From Phallusia mammillata (lineage: Eukaryota), in NCBI GenBank assembly GCA_965637545.1, contig OZ281497.1, positions 25,544,001-25,608,000 on the forward strand: a DNA stretch of 64,000 nucleotides, in the 5' to 3' direction. Both the position numbers and the translations under genes were made by a program. Of the stretch, positions 45,514 to 57,466 are shown one piece after another. Position 1 is the first letter of the stretch; each line of letters starts with the position of its first letter. The notes beneath the pieces are model-generated. The model was not told where the DNA came from, did no database searches, and was given only the letters and a program-made list of their open reading frames with translations.

Positions 45514-46923
45514 ATGGACAACCAGAGGTGTTTGAAGTTGTATAAACGAAGATGGGCTTATCTATTTGGACTTTTCATATTGGAAATTTTTGCTGGAATA
45601 TCTTTTGCCAGTTACGGACAAATCTATAATTTTTACATGCAGTTTTTCAGTGCCACAAAGTCGCAGGTAGCTTGGGTTATCAGGTCAAGAAGCGTCAGTA
45701 CCTTTTTTATTACCTTACCATTGGCTTGGTTGATTGTTAAAGGCAAAATAGGACTAAGGGGAGTTATAATAATAGCGGCAGTGGCTTCGACTACTGGGCT
45801 GTTATTCGTGACTTTGTCTTTGGTAAATCGTGGACTGTTCGCCCTAATAATCATTGGACAAGCATTTTGTGGAATTGCAGACACTGTTGGTGTAGCAGTT
45901 CCATCAGCATTCGCTGTGTTTTGGTTCCCAGAAAACCAAGTGGGAACAGCTATAGCGCTCAATATTGTCGGATTATTCGTCGGTTACGGCGTGGGCTACA
46001 CCGTCCCACCCTTACTTGTGTTTACATTAAATCAGCACAGGACGCTGGAACAGTATTTGACTCTTAGTGAGTTAGCAATGGGACAAAGTAAATTACGATA
46101 CATGTACGGCTCATTTTTCGCCCTTTCTCTTGTCGTTACCATCTTATTTGGAATTTTTATCACTGATAAACCTCCCACACCACCAACACGTGCACAAGAA
46201 ATGAGAAACATAGATCCTTTGATGGAAGAAATGTCTTCAACAGACTTTTTTAAAAAGACAAAGCAACTGTTTACCAACAGGTCGTTTGTGTTGATCTGCA
46301 TTTCAATTGGACTTATCTTCCAATTGTCTTTGATAGAAAATCGAATGTTGCCTGATATTATTGCGAGCGGTCATATTGCTCAGGAGCTAAACCCAGCCAC
46401 GTTAGGTGGTTACATCATGAGTGTGTTCGCCCTGGGGTCAATAGCAGGCATTGTAGTAGGCGGTAAGCTTGTGGATTACTACAAAAAATATCGGATACTC
46501 GCAATAAGCGGTAGCACTTTTGTGTTTTTATCGACTGTTGCAATTGCTATCAGCTACGCCTGGAAGAGCACCACGGCTCTGTATGCAAGTCACGCGTTAT
46601 TCGGATTTTTTACTGGCTTCAGCGATGTAGCGTTGTTCGAAATGGCCACGCAGATGACATATCCAATCGATGAGACATTGGTCAACATTTGGATGACCGG
46701 AGCCCAAACGGCGATCAGTCTACTTTTGAGTATATTTGGAAGACTTGCGTTCAATGCATGGAGTGGCATAGGTGTGCTCTCGTTTCAAAGTGCAGCCGTG
46801 TTTTGGAGCATCATTCTATGTTGTCTGGTGTCTTCGTTTAATCGACGGTTAGAGTTGAACTATGAACAGATAATAGAAAACGACCAACAAAATCAAGAAT
46901 CACCGTTGATTGAAACACATTAG
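45514..46923 (+). CDS. FLVCR/SLC49-like MFS transporter, intact (469 aa); divergent copy C
   Basis: Open ORF. Family motifs present; TM2 is atypical. Confidence 0.9.
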   Translation: MDNQRCLKLYKRRWAYLFGLFILEIFAGISFASYGQIYNFYMQFFSATKSQVAWVIRSRSVSTFFITLPLAWLIVKGKIGLRGVIIIAAVASTTGLLFVTLSLVNRGLFALIIIGQAFCGIADTVGVAVPSAFAVFWFPENQVGTAIALNIVGLFVGYGVGYTVPPLLVFTLNQHRTLEQYLTLSELAMGQSKLRYMYGSFFALSLVVTILFGIFITDKPPTPPTRAQEMRNIDPLMEEMSSTDFFKKTKQLFTNRSFVLICISIGLIFQLSLIENRMLPDIIASGHIAQELNPATLGGYIMSVFALGSIAGIVVGGKLVDYYKKYRILAISGSTFVFLSTVAIAISYAWKSTTALYASHALFGFFTGFSDVALFEMATQMTYPIDETLVNIWMTGAQTAISLLLSIFGRLAFNAWSGIGVLSFQSAAVFWSIILCCLVSSFNRRLELNYEQIIENDQQNQESPLIETH

Positions 46924-47795
46924 CAATATTTTGAGGAATGATTGAAATCAAAACGGTGTCGAAAGTGACAATCATATCCTGGGCAACTTGGCGAACGTTA
47001 CACACCGATTACAGTGTGGCCGCCCTGTAAAATGCATTATACCGTGTATCCATGCGACAACGTGTTGGCTGGAAAGAGTCTCGTCTGCATTAGGACTAAA
47101 CATTAGTTTTTGACTGATGGATAACACTGCCAATTCCAAGAGGTATGCTGTTTTGTCAATCGCAATAAAAGACGAGCATTATTCGGTTTAGTAATACGCA
47201 AACATTGTAAAAATGTTGTTTCAGGCAAAACAAGTTGCCAATAGCCTAATGTTGAGTCTAAACACATTCTTCATTAAAAAAAAACAGTCGAATCCCGTGG
47301 CAGAAATCAGCTCAATAATGGAAAATACCGTGGGATTTTCTATGCGGGAGCAATAATCAATATCCTGAAATTCAACACCAGCAATGAATGCCGACATGTT
47401 AGAGCGTTAGTTTGAATAACGTCTCTTATGTACGGTCTTGCTTGTTGTACGTTTTGTGCACTTTTTAAATTATTCAGTTTGCAGCAGTATATGTAAGTAT
47501 AGTAAAACGAGAGTGAATTGAATGTAAAAAAATCAATCTCTTTGTTGAAATGTTGATATCATCCATCACATAATCACACAACGGTCATGTCATTCTGACT
47601 TTTGTAGGAATTTAGCCACGTTTCCAAAATATCAATAAATAATAGCGTGTCTAGTTTGCTGTAAAAAAGTTTGTACATCTTTTGTTTATGACTAACTTAT
47701 AACAAGCCCGCTTCGTGATGTTAGGTATTTGTTACTCTAGCGCCTGCTTAATTTTCCAAACTCCAAAAGAAAGCGCTACCAGCACGGTATAACAA

Positions 47796-47948
47796 GGTAG
47801 AGCTACTAACACAGGAACTCACAACATGCCGGTTTGGGAATTTCCGATAGGTGACGTACCGGAGCATAGGCGTTTGAGGTGATAATAATTGCTGAGTCAG
47901 CAATTTACAGACCGACGTGTTGCGAGTTTCTGTGTAAGTAGCTCTACC
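47796..47948. mobile_element. Short MITE with GGTAGAGCTAC termini
   Basis: TIR ggtagagctac / gtagctctacc. 9-bp flanks gtataacaa / gtataacag (8/9). Confidence 0.75.
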
Positions 47949-48116
47949 GTATAACAGCTTTTCTTAACGTGCCCAGGCATTGCACAAATGTTACAAAATA
48001 TTTGTTTTTGTTTGAGCATGAGTGTTATTTTTCTTGCTTGACCTAATATATTTTTTTATTTCCAGCTCTTCTAAAATACTTAAAAACTTTGAAACTTTGA
48101 AACACTTGCAGCATTA

Positions 48117-49514
48117 ATGGAATCTAGCGACAACGTGACTTTGTATACCCGCAGATGGGTCTTCCTTCTAGGGCTCTTCATCTTGCATTTCTTATCAGGA
48201 ATTTCCTTCGCAAGTTACGGTCAAATCAGCAGCTTTTACGTTCAGTTCTTCAAGGCCTCCCACGCACAAGTGGATTGGATCACCAACGCGAGAAACATCG
48301 GAGCTATATTTCTCACTGTTCCATTCGCTTGGATGATCTTCAACGGCAAAATGAAAATGCGGGCTGGAATTTTAATTATGGCAATCAGCTCAACAGTTGG
48401 ACTATTGTTAGTGACTGTTTCGTTTCTCGATCGTTCTTTTTTTGCTCTTATTATTGTTGGACAAATTTTCTGCGGGATTGCTGAAACTGTTAGTGTGATT
48501 ACCCCAACCACTTTCGCCCTGTTCTGGTTTCCAAAAAAGCAAGTTCGTCTGGCGATTTATCTGAACATGATGGGCCTGTATGTTGGGGATGACTTGGGGT
48601 ACACGATTCCGCCGAAGCTGGTACATACATTTAATCACACCAATGGAGACGATCATGATCTTAACCCTGAGGAAATGGCATCGGCGCAACGTTCACTTCG
48701 CAACATGTACGCGGTATACTTGGGCATATCTGCTATTGTGACCGTCTTGTTTGCAATCTTCCTGACTGATACACCTCCCACGCCACCTAGGGCTGCTGAA
48801 ATACAAAGTTACATTCACACACATATGGATAAAACGATGACAGAATTTTGGAAAAAGACCAAAACACTTTTCACAGACCCAGCTTTTGTATTGATCAGCA
48901 TAGTCATTGGGTTGATATTCCAGTTAGGCCTAATCGAAACGATGATGATGTCTGAAATCGTAGAACGGCTTGACATTTCTTACCACCAGAGCCCAGCATT
49001 GTTAAGTGGAGAAATCATGAGCATGTACGGCATAGGTGCAGTGGTGGGTCTCTTTGCAGGTGGAATGATTATCCACTACATCAAGAAATACAACTTGCTT
49101 TCAATAGTGGGAACTACAGCGGTTTTTCTGTCCACAGTTGCAATCATTATAAGCGTCCGTATGAGAAACACTCAGGCGATATTTGTAACCAACGTTTTGT
49201 TCGGGATTTTTACGGGGGCGGCAGAAGTCTGGCTCTTTGATATGGCTACAGAGTTGGCCTATCCAATTGACGAGTGTCTATCACATACGTGGATATCCGG
49301 TATTGAAACTGCAGTCGCCTTGTTGATTGGAATACTTGCTCGAGTCACGTTCAATGCCTGGGAGAGCATTGGAGTCCTGTCATTCCAATGCGCTTGCGTG
49401 TTTGTGAGCATCTTGTTGTGTTGCTTGGTTTTGTCATTTGGACGCAAACTAGAGACAGAGACGTCAACAAGCAGTGCATCTACCTCACAAACACCTTTGC
49501 TTAATCCTCAGTAA
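48117..49514 (+). CDS. FLVCR/SLC49-like MFS transporter, intact (465 aa); divergent copy D
   Basis: Open ORF with LYTRRW, WFPKKQV, TDTPPTPP and FDMATELAYP variants of the family motifs. Confidence 0.9.
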   Translation: MESSDNVTLYTRRWVFLLGLFILHFLSGISFASYGQISSFYVQFFKASHAQVDWITNARNIGAIFLTVPFAWMIFNGKMKMRAGILIMAISSTVGLLLVTVSFLDRSFFALIIVGQIFCGIAETVSVITPTTFALFWFPKKQVRLAIYLNMMGLYVGDDLGYTIPPKLVHTFNHTNGDDHDLNPEEMASAQRSLRNMYAVYLGISAIVTVLFAIFLTDTPPTPPRAAEIQSYIHTHMDKTMTEFWKKTKTLFTDPAFVLISIVIGLIFQLGLIETMMMSEIVERLDISYHQSPALLSGEIMSMYGIGAVVGLFAGGMIIHYIKKYNLLSIVGTTAVFLSTVAIIISVRMRNTQAIFVTNVLFGIFTGAAEVWLFDMATELAYPIDECLSHTWISGIETAVALLIGILARVTFNAWESIGVLSFQCACVFVSILLCCLVLSFGRKLETETSTSSASTSQTPLLNPQ

Positions 49515-52350
49515 TAAACAACTCAAGGCATATTTACATAGTTCTGTTTGGTTGTAAGTAAGTGGCTAACAAACAAATTTTATTTTGGACCGTTAGTGAA
49601 ATGCATAACCTGTGCAACTGTAATGTTCTATAAAACAACATTTGCGCACGTGTTTCACAGTACAAGGAGGTAATATGTGTCAACAACGCAAACACGGAGG
49701 AGAAAACAATAAATTTCAGAATAAAGCCTAAAATGAAATGATTGAAAAATCCTTCTCATACAACACCTTTTACTTTTTGCGTAGTTCTGATGCTTATGCA
49801 AAATCTCGCAAAACAATGAAATGCGCGAATTGTTGACCCTAAATCGTTGCATGATTTTGCTTTATTTGTGAAGAGATTTCATTAAAATATAAATCTTTAC
49901 CAGCATGAAGACTTTTTGGGAAAAATACTAAATTTTTGTTCTTTTATGTAACCATGTGTTAAAAGTATACCATATTTGAAATGTTATTTTGATTGCGCAG
50001 TATCGTTTATGGTCGACGTCACTAAGGGGCAGAAAACGAACCCATGTTTTATAAAGTCATCGGGACCTGTATAGGACGCCAAAACGTCGCCATAAAAATA
50101 CAATTGACAGAAGAGCTCTAAAAATATTATATTTATGTTACTGATTATTGCATTGCCTTGAGTAAAGAGCATGATCTAGGTATAATTTTGCACGTAGTAT
50201 AAGTTTCAATGTATTTTGATTTTATCAATGCGTCTGTTATTTCGTGTACTCGCCCAATAGTTCAAGGTGTAACGTTTTCTTGTACCCGGGTTCTTATAAA
50301 CCCTAAGACTGTTATTTTGGTGATCTGTCGACAATCGAAGAGATAGAAATAAAAGTTAATTTGTGGCGTGTGCCAAAAAGTTTCGAATTAAATTGAAAAG
50401 AGTTATCATAAGCATGTAACACACTACACTGACTACATTACAGAAAAATAGGCAGTAAAAAGGCTTAAATACTGATAGTCTATAGTAGAAGTTTGCAACC
50501 ATAAGTCATGGACCAAACGTGACCCTTTAATTAGAAGTTGTGCGCCACCCTAAGAGAGGTTGGATAGATTTTAAATGGATTGTTGCTTGCGAAACTATCT
50601 CAGACCAGTGCTTGCGAGCAATAGCAAAAGTTTTTCTGAGCACATGTTACCACACTAACCAAACCAATATAGACCAACATTTTTCTTCGAAGATTGTGTA
50701 AAACGACTTGAATTTTACTGTATACGGCACTAGCTAATCAGGTGAGTTATTTGCCCCACCATGAATAAATGTGGCACGTTATATAGGTTCATTTCAGTAA
50801 ACATCAGAAAAACATATGCAATCGCTTTAGCCGTTGCATTTCCCAGAAACAAGTTGCAAACGAAGTGATTTTTCTCTACAGTCAGTAAACCGATGCCGGT
50901 AAACCGTCTCGCACGAGTTGACATCGTGTCTCTGACGTGCTAATACGTCACACAGAATTGCGAAATAAGCCGGCGGTCGCGTAAAGACAAGGGCCAATAT
51001 TTGAACAGAGACCGGTATTATTCGCCGCTCAAGCACGTGTACAAGACTTAAGGATTGCGCAACCCGAATGACTGAGGTTTAAAGGGCCTTGAGGCACGGA
51101 AAAACTTGACAGTTGCAGACAACCTGGATTGATAAAGGTTTAGACGAGGTTCCAAAGTATCAGCAGACTAAACAGAATTTTAGCGACCATAGGGTTTCGG
51201 CGTCGATAGTTTAGTACATCTAGGTTGATGAGTTGAGTTTAATTCGCTTGGTGAAAGACAATATAGCGACACAATTGCACTAAACAATCATCAAGCTGGA
51301 AATAGCTGCGCAATGTTAAAACGTTATGGAGCGCTAAACAATCAAGTGCACAATTGGTGGACAATGGCTAAACGCGCTGCAGCTACACCGCAATTTGAAC
51401 ATCATAACACACACTTGAGACTTGGCTTAATTAAAAAATCTTGCGAATTACTTGTAGTGATTACAATGTAATTATACAGACGTTTGAACTTCAGTGCAGT
51501 GTTAAGTGAGCTGCAATGTATTTACGTCCTACAAACTACCGAGCAGTTTTAATTTCGAAGTTCGTTGCAATTAAATAATAACTTTGCAGGATTGAAAATT
51601 AGGGAAATCTTAACTAAACTTACTGCTCAGAGCTGCGGTTTTAAAGCAAAAGAACGAATGCAAAATTCGCGATACTATAATGCAATAAAATGTTTTAAAC
51701 CTGTTCGTAAGTGCCTTGTTCGATGGTGTGCATATTGGTAGTGCTTGCGTATTAAGTCTGTATAGTTTATTTGTATTGAACTCAGATTAAACACAAGAAA
51801 TTTAAAATCGTTGAAATTACTACTCAGTATATAATGCGTTTCTTGTTGGTTGTTAAACCTATTGCTCCAGCAGAAAAGAACAAAACCACGCATTGTCTCA
51901 GAGACCTGAGCAAAATCGCTTGTGCAAACGTCTTTCGCAATCATGTGTAAAAAGCCTTGAGAGCTCTGATTCGGGGATTACCCCTTTGTGCAAACATCGT
52001 GAAATGGTCGCTTGTTTGCACAGGGAGTCAATGTGGGTTATTTAAACGACCGCAGAGGGAAAGGAATTTTCAGTAAATTTTAGTCGGTGAAATGGTTTTA
52101 CTAATGCAAAACAAACTTTGTCGCGAAATTACCTTCATTTCGCAGTTTTCAAAATATTGTAGTGCATTTACCTTACAAATCACGCAGGACCGCCCATTTT
52201 AACGAGAAGCGTTTATAGTTTGTCAAATACTAACTAACACGAAACAAACTTATTTAAAAGCAAATAATTATTGGCCACAGCTTACGTGAAAACATGTGTT
52301 GCATCGGTGGGCTTCGCAATAACGCTGTACCCCCTGTTTATCGTTGAAAT

Positions 52351-52669
52351 CAGGGGCGGGCAACCTTTGTTACTGTGGGGCCAATTACAAAAGCCAAAAT
52401 TAGCTCGCGGGCCGCACCTGTGTATAACACCAGGTGATTTTACTTCGTTGCTTGCCAAATATGCTTAACTACAAGCATAATTCGTATTTGATTCTAGCTT
52501 TATAATGCCAGGTCGCAGAAAAATAGCGTCGGGCGCATTAATCAGCTCAAAATTATTTAATAGTTGGACTCCTTTGCCAGCACATTTGAAATCCAAGCGT
52601 CTCTGCGGGCGGCACAACCTTTAAAGAAGGGCCGCATGTGGCCCGCGGGCCGCAGGTTGCCCACCCCTG
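52351..52669. mobile_element. hAT-type MITE (CAGGGG family)
   Basis: caggggcgggcaacc / ggttgcccacccctg termini; TSD degraded. Confidence 0.7.
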
Positions 52670-52958
52670 CTTTAAATAAGCAAACGTTGAATCGCTTTGG
52701 TGCAAAACAAACATTTAGAAGAGACAATAGAAAAGACAATTACAAGCCCACAGCACTAAATAACTTGGTGCCCCACACAGTGATGGCTCATGTGACTACA
52801 AACGCCATTCTAAACGCTAAAATTATTGTTGTTGATTTGCTGCAGTACGTGACAACGCAGTATGAAGTAAAAACATGCGCCTAGGTGTCATATTTGATAC
52901 CGAAACGCCATTGAAAATGAGAATACGAAATTATTTGATTGTCCTTGATGCCCTAAGC

Positions 52959-53305
52959 CAGGGGTATGCAACCTTTGTCACTGTGAGGCCAAATACAATT
53001 ACCATGATTAGATCGCGGGCCGTACCTTTTATATAACACAAGGCAAATTTTCTTTGTTGCATACCAAATACACTTATACGTATAAGTACTGAGTGAACAA
53101 CTACAAGTAGATTTGCATTTGATTGTAGCCGAATATTGTCAGGTCGCAGAAAGATAGCACTGGGTACATTAATCTGCTCAAAAAAATGTGATAATTGGAC
53201 TAGTTTGTTAGTACAATTGAAATTCAACTGTATATGCGGGCCGCACAATCTTTAATCAATGGGTCGCTTTAATTTGTTACGTGGGCCACAGGTTACACAC
53301 CCCTG
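52959..53305. mobile_element. hAT-type MITE (CAGGGG family), related to 52351-52669
   Basis: caggggtatgcaacc / ggttacacacccctg termini; shared internal sequence. Confidence 0.7.
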
Positions 53306-53760
53306 CATTAAACATGTGCTTTTTTGCCTGGTGGTTAATCGAACCCAGCTTGCCCATTTAAATCAGCATTATAAGCATTACTAGTTCGAACATGGAAATT
53401 CCAAATAGCTACACGAATAGTAACACTTGTTAAAACCCCGCAAAGTCATGTTCTGTCTGGCAATGGTTTGAGATTTCGAAATCGATTGCGAAACCCGTAA
53501 GGTCGTTACGGTTCGTCTCACCCGCCGTTGAATGTTCGCGAGTGACCTCGTTTCGTGTAAACAGCTAATGTTTTTCGAGCTCATCACAGCGCACCATTAA
53601 ATCTGTCACGTGATTCTACAGCGCTTTAACTATCTTACATACGTCTTATTGTGTGATTTTTACAGGTCATTTACCACCTGTACCTTTTAGTTTGGTGTCC
53701 TTCCATACACCTAGAATATCAACAAAATTTTTAGCTCTTCCGGCAGTTTTTTTATTTTAA

Positions 53761-53812
53761 TATGCCAACGTTTCGATGTCCCATACGAAACACCTTCATC
53801 AGGGTAATGACA
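53761..53812 (-). ncRNA. Type I hammerhead ribozyme core (inverted copy)
   Basis: Reverse complement of 54371-54425. Confidence 0.65.
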
Positions 53813-54370
53813 TACATTGCAAACACAAGTTATTATAAAGCGAAAAGGGCGGCGAAACACACACAAAAAAAGGGCGGTAGAAAAAACTCCAGGAAAGTTT
53901 TTTTCACGACTCCACGACTCCAGGAAACCTCGCTTGTGAAAATCGGTTTCTCTCGCTAACACCTGGTGTACGCAATCCCATGTCAATAGTGCAAGGAGAT
54001 TTACATTGGCGAAACGGGAAGATCTCTGAATACGCGCCGTAAAGAACATGAAAGGGATGTAGCCAAGAAAGATGCTAAAAAATTGGCATTAGCACAACAT
54101 GCCACTGTCCTCGGTCACGCCATAAACTTCTCTGCTGCCCAGGTGTTAGCGAGAGAAACCGATTTTCACAAGCTTATTTCATACATTCTCACGCCAACAC
54201 GATGAACGTTAGAACGGACGTTCTAATGCCGATAACTTATCGGTCGCTTTTGCACCATTGAGCCAGGTGTTATCACTCGACCATTGGTGCGCACTGCGTT
54301 TTTTCTACCGCCCTTTTTTTGTGTGTGTTTCGCCGCCCTTTTCGCTTTATAAAAACTTGTGTTTGCAATG

Positions 54371-54425
54371 TATGTCATTACCCTGATGAAGGTGTTTCGT
54401 ATGGGACATCGAAACGTTGGCATAT
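54371..54425 (+). ncRNA. Type I hammerhead ribozyme core with an intact stem II
   Basis: accCTGATGAa-ggtgtttc-gtat-gggacatc-GAAAcGTTggcat. Stem II forms 8 pairs including G-U. Confidence 0.7.
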
Positions 54426-54953
54426 TAAAATAAAAAAAACTGCCGGAAGAGCTAAAAATTTTGTTGATACGTTATGTCTGGCAGCAACAGTGTATTCATA
54501 CACCTAGAATATTCACAAACATTTGTAAATGCATTACACTTGGTAAAAATTTTTTGCAACGTTGCGAAATTTTGCAATCCATAAACTGAAGTGAAGGATT
54601 TTAAATTGCTAACATCCGGCACATCACTTAAAAAGATTATGCTAAAAATTACAATATACGCCACTGAAAACAACATGGCTAAAGGATTGTGCATTGTTTC
54701 TGGCAGTTTTATTTTACAAACTGTCAACGAGAATAAAAAGATGCGTTTGGATGACCCTGCAAAAAAACGCGTTAAATTGTAATGAGTGTTTTTGAAAATT
54801 GTTAGATGTTGAATCAAGAAAATGTCTTAATGTTACATTGTTTTGAAAAATACACTGTGCTTGATTTCTAAGTTACATTTTACAAACTACCTCATTTTCA
54901 ATTCTGCAGGTTTCATTGGAATCATTAGAAAAAAAGTTAAAATATTTTAAACA

Positions 54954-56393
54954 ATGAGCCCTAACGTTAAATACGAACCAATTGAAAGCACGTGGAAGTT
55001 GTACAAACGAAGATGGGTGTTTTTAATCGGACTTTTAATACTTCAATTCTTCGCTGGCATCTCGTTCAGCAGCTACGGTCAAATCAGTGACTTTTACGTT
55101 AAGTTCTTCAATGCGTCGCATGCACAAGTGGATTGGATCACCAACGCAAGAAATATCAGCGCTATATTCATCACATTTCCACTCGCATGGTTAGTGTTCA
55201 AAGGAGTCGTCCGTTTGAGGTGTCTTATACTTATTGTTGCTGTATGTTCCACGTCTGGGTTATTTCTTGTCACAATTTCACTGCTGAGTCCACACTTTTT
55301 CCCATTCATTGTCATCGGCCAAGTGCTATGTGGCCTTTCCGAGACCGTAGGGATTGCAGTGCCATCTATATTTGCTGTGCTTTGGTTTCCAGAATCACAA
55401 GTAGGAACCGCCATCGCTATTAACATCATGGGTGTATGTATTGGCGATGGAACAGGTTACCTATTGCCCCCAACTCTTGTATATACCAGCCACAAGTCAA
55501 TCAACGCTACAGGCATTATTGTGGAGTCTCAAGATGACAGTGACTTTATGGAAAAGAGTCAGCATTCACTTTTAATCATGTATGGTTCATTTTTAGCGAT
55601 ATCAGCAGTTGTTTCTGTTTTCTTCTTCATTTTTATCACCGACAAACCACCCAGTCCGCCAACTACAGCACAGTATGTGAAAAACACGGCGCTTTATGTT
55701 CATCGATCCTTCTACGAGTTCCTTCAAGAAACCAAGTCACTCATCCTAAACCGCTCATACATCCTTATCTGCATTGTCGTGGGATTTGTTTTCCAGATTG
55801 TTCTTCTGGAAAACCTAATGATGTCAGAAATTATCAAAACAAGCTCAGTGGTCGGCGATATAAATCCGGCAATTTTGAGTGGTTTTATAATGAGTTTGTA
55901 TAGTATTGGGAGCACCATAGGGCTCGGCGTCGGAGGAAAAATAGTGGACAAATGCAAACGTTACAAAATGTTAGCGATTGTAGGGACAACCATGCTTTTC
56001 CTTTCAACGGTTGGAATCGCTTTCGGTGTGCAGCATAAACACATGATAACCTTATTAGTCTCCAACGGACTGTTCGGATTTTTCTCGGGTTCTACAGAAG
56101 TCGTAATCTTCGAAATAGCAACGCAACAGACTTACCCGAAAGATGAAACTATGGTGAATACGTGGATGACGGGGATTCAAACTCTTATTGGATTTAGTTT
56201 AGGAATTTTTGGTCGTATCATTTTCACCGCATGGGGCAGTATTGGTGTGCTGGTATTTCAAAGCCTTTGTATTTTCGTTTGTATCATTCTCGTGTTTTGC
56301 GTTTCGTCGCGAAATCGCAGACTCGAAGTGAACGACAGCGACCTCGAGTGGTCAGTTGATAGCGATCCCACAACACCACTGATTACCAACTAA
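54954..56393 (+). CDS. FLVCR/SLC49-like MFS transporter, intact (479 aa); divergent copy E
   Basis: Open ORF with all family motifs; longer TM5-6 loop. Confidence 0.9.
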   Translation: MSPNVKYEPIESTWKLYKRRWVFLIGLLILQFFAGISFSSYGQISDFYVKFFNASHAQVDWITNARNISAIFITFPLAWLVFKGVVRLRCLILIVAVCSTSGLFLVTISLLSPHFFPFIVIGQVLCGLSETVGIAVPSIFAVLWFPESQVGTAIAINIMGVCIGDGTGYLLPPTLVYTSHKSINATGIIVESQDDSDFMEKSQHSLLIMYGSFLAISAVVSVFFFIFITDKPPSPPTTAQYVKNTALYVHRSFYEFLQETKSLILNRSYILICIVVGFVFQIVLLENLMMSEIIKTSSVVGDINPAILSGFIMSLYSIGSTIGLGVGGKIVDKCKRYKMLAIVGTTMLFLSTVGIAFGVQHKHMITLLVSNGLFGFFSGSTEVVIFEIATQQTYPKDETMVNTWMTGIQTLIGFSLGIFGRIIFTAWGSIGVLVFQSLCIFVCIILVFCVSSRNRRLEVNDSDLEWSVDSDPTTPLITN

Positions 56394-57466
56394 GTACTTA
56401 CGAATAATTTGTTATGTTTTACCGTCGTTTTCGTTAACATGTCGACGATGTGTTTTCCTAAACTTTTCGCTCTAAACGTTAAACGTTAACAGTATTATCT
56501 TTTTTGTTTTTGGAAAATATCTTAAATGCAAATACATCAGAAACAGAAAAGATCAACATAAATTCATAACTGGGATCAACCCTGAAACGTTCAAGCAGCC
56601 AAGCGATCACAGGACACGCATACATAAATATATACATCATAGTACGCCAGGCCTTTATTATACTGAACACCGAAAGCAGTTATTTTTGTCTTAACGATAC
56701 TGTGGCCAATGGAGTTACAATTTATATCTTTTATTCCGGGAATCACTAGTTTCTTATTGTAGCTTGAAACCAGGACAGTTTTAGTACAACTTTTGCTGCT
56801 CAGTAATATTATATAACTAAAGTAATAACAAAAGCAATACACAAAACCGATTGAAGATACCCCATGGCTGCAATGCGAAAGAGTTCAAAACAAACTGTAA
56901 CAACAATGCTGTGTTAAGCTACTATCCCGGATGTAACCTTTCGGTAAAAAGTTTTTTTTTATATAAGTGTTGAAAGAGTATAGAGGCTATTAGTCCAGCT
57001 GAGTGGATGGGTATAAAATGTAAAGTAATGGATAAGTTTTATTTTACAAAATCTGTAGTGTGGTATGCCTTAAAATTACATTTGTTAAGTCAAGGATCAT
57101 TGTGGCAATTTATTGAGATAAACTACAATTGTCTTAAAACATTAGCAACGAATGCGTAACTCAATTTCAACTAACGGTCCAAAACTATTTTACTTTACAC
57201 CCTGTATCGACAGAATGAAACGACGCCTGGAACAATTGATTTTTAGCGGAAAGCAAGTTATGCCGAACCAAAACTGTTTCCTTGTGGGTAGCTTTCTTGC
57301 TATTTGCTTCGATAAACTAATCTTTTTTTTTTCTTTGTGTATCCCAGTTTAAAGAATATTGTCTATAGTAAGTCTTGTATGTTTTACCGTATGTTGTTAA
57401 AACGTAACCTGGCTTGGTTAAAAATACATCAAAATGCCTTTTTTCGTCATGTCTTTTAGTCTAAGC

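Larger units (their letters stand above)
53711..54470. mobile_element. Second PLE family: GIY-YIG 3' end on the + strand, with an inverted partial pLTR on its left
   Basis: + strand VYAIPCQ*CKEIYIGETGRSLNTRRKEHE...AQH...GH...ARETDFHK (~53975-54175). About 175-bp inverted repeats at 53717-53887 and 54299-54470. Confidence 0.85.

Noticed and set aside
50200-51700. Possible decayed DNA-transposase sequence
   Set aside because: No motif could be read convincingly in any frame; a profile search would be needed.
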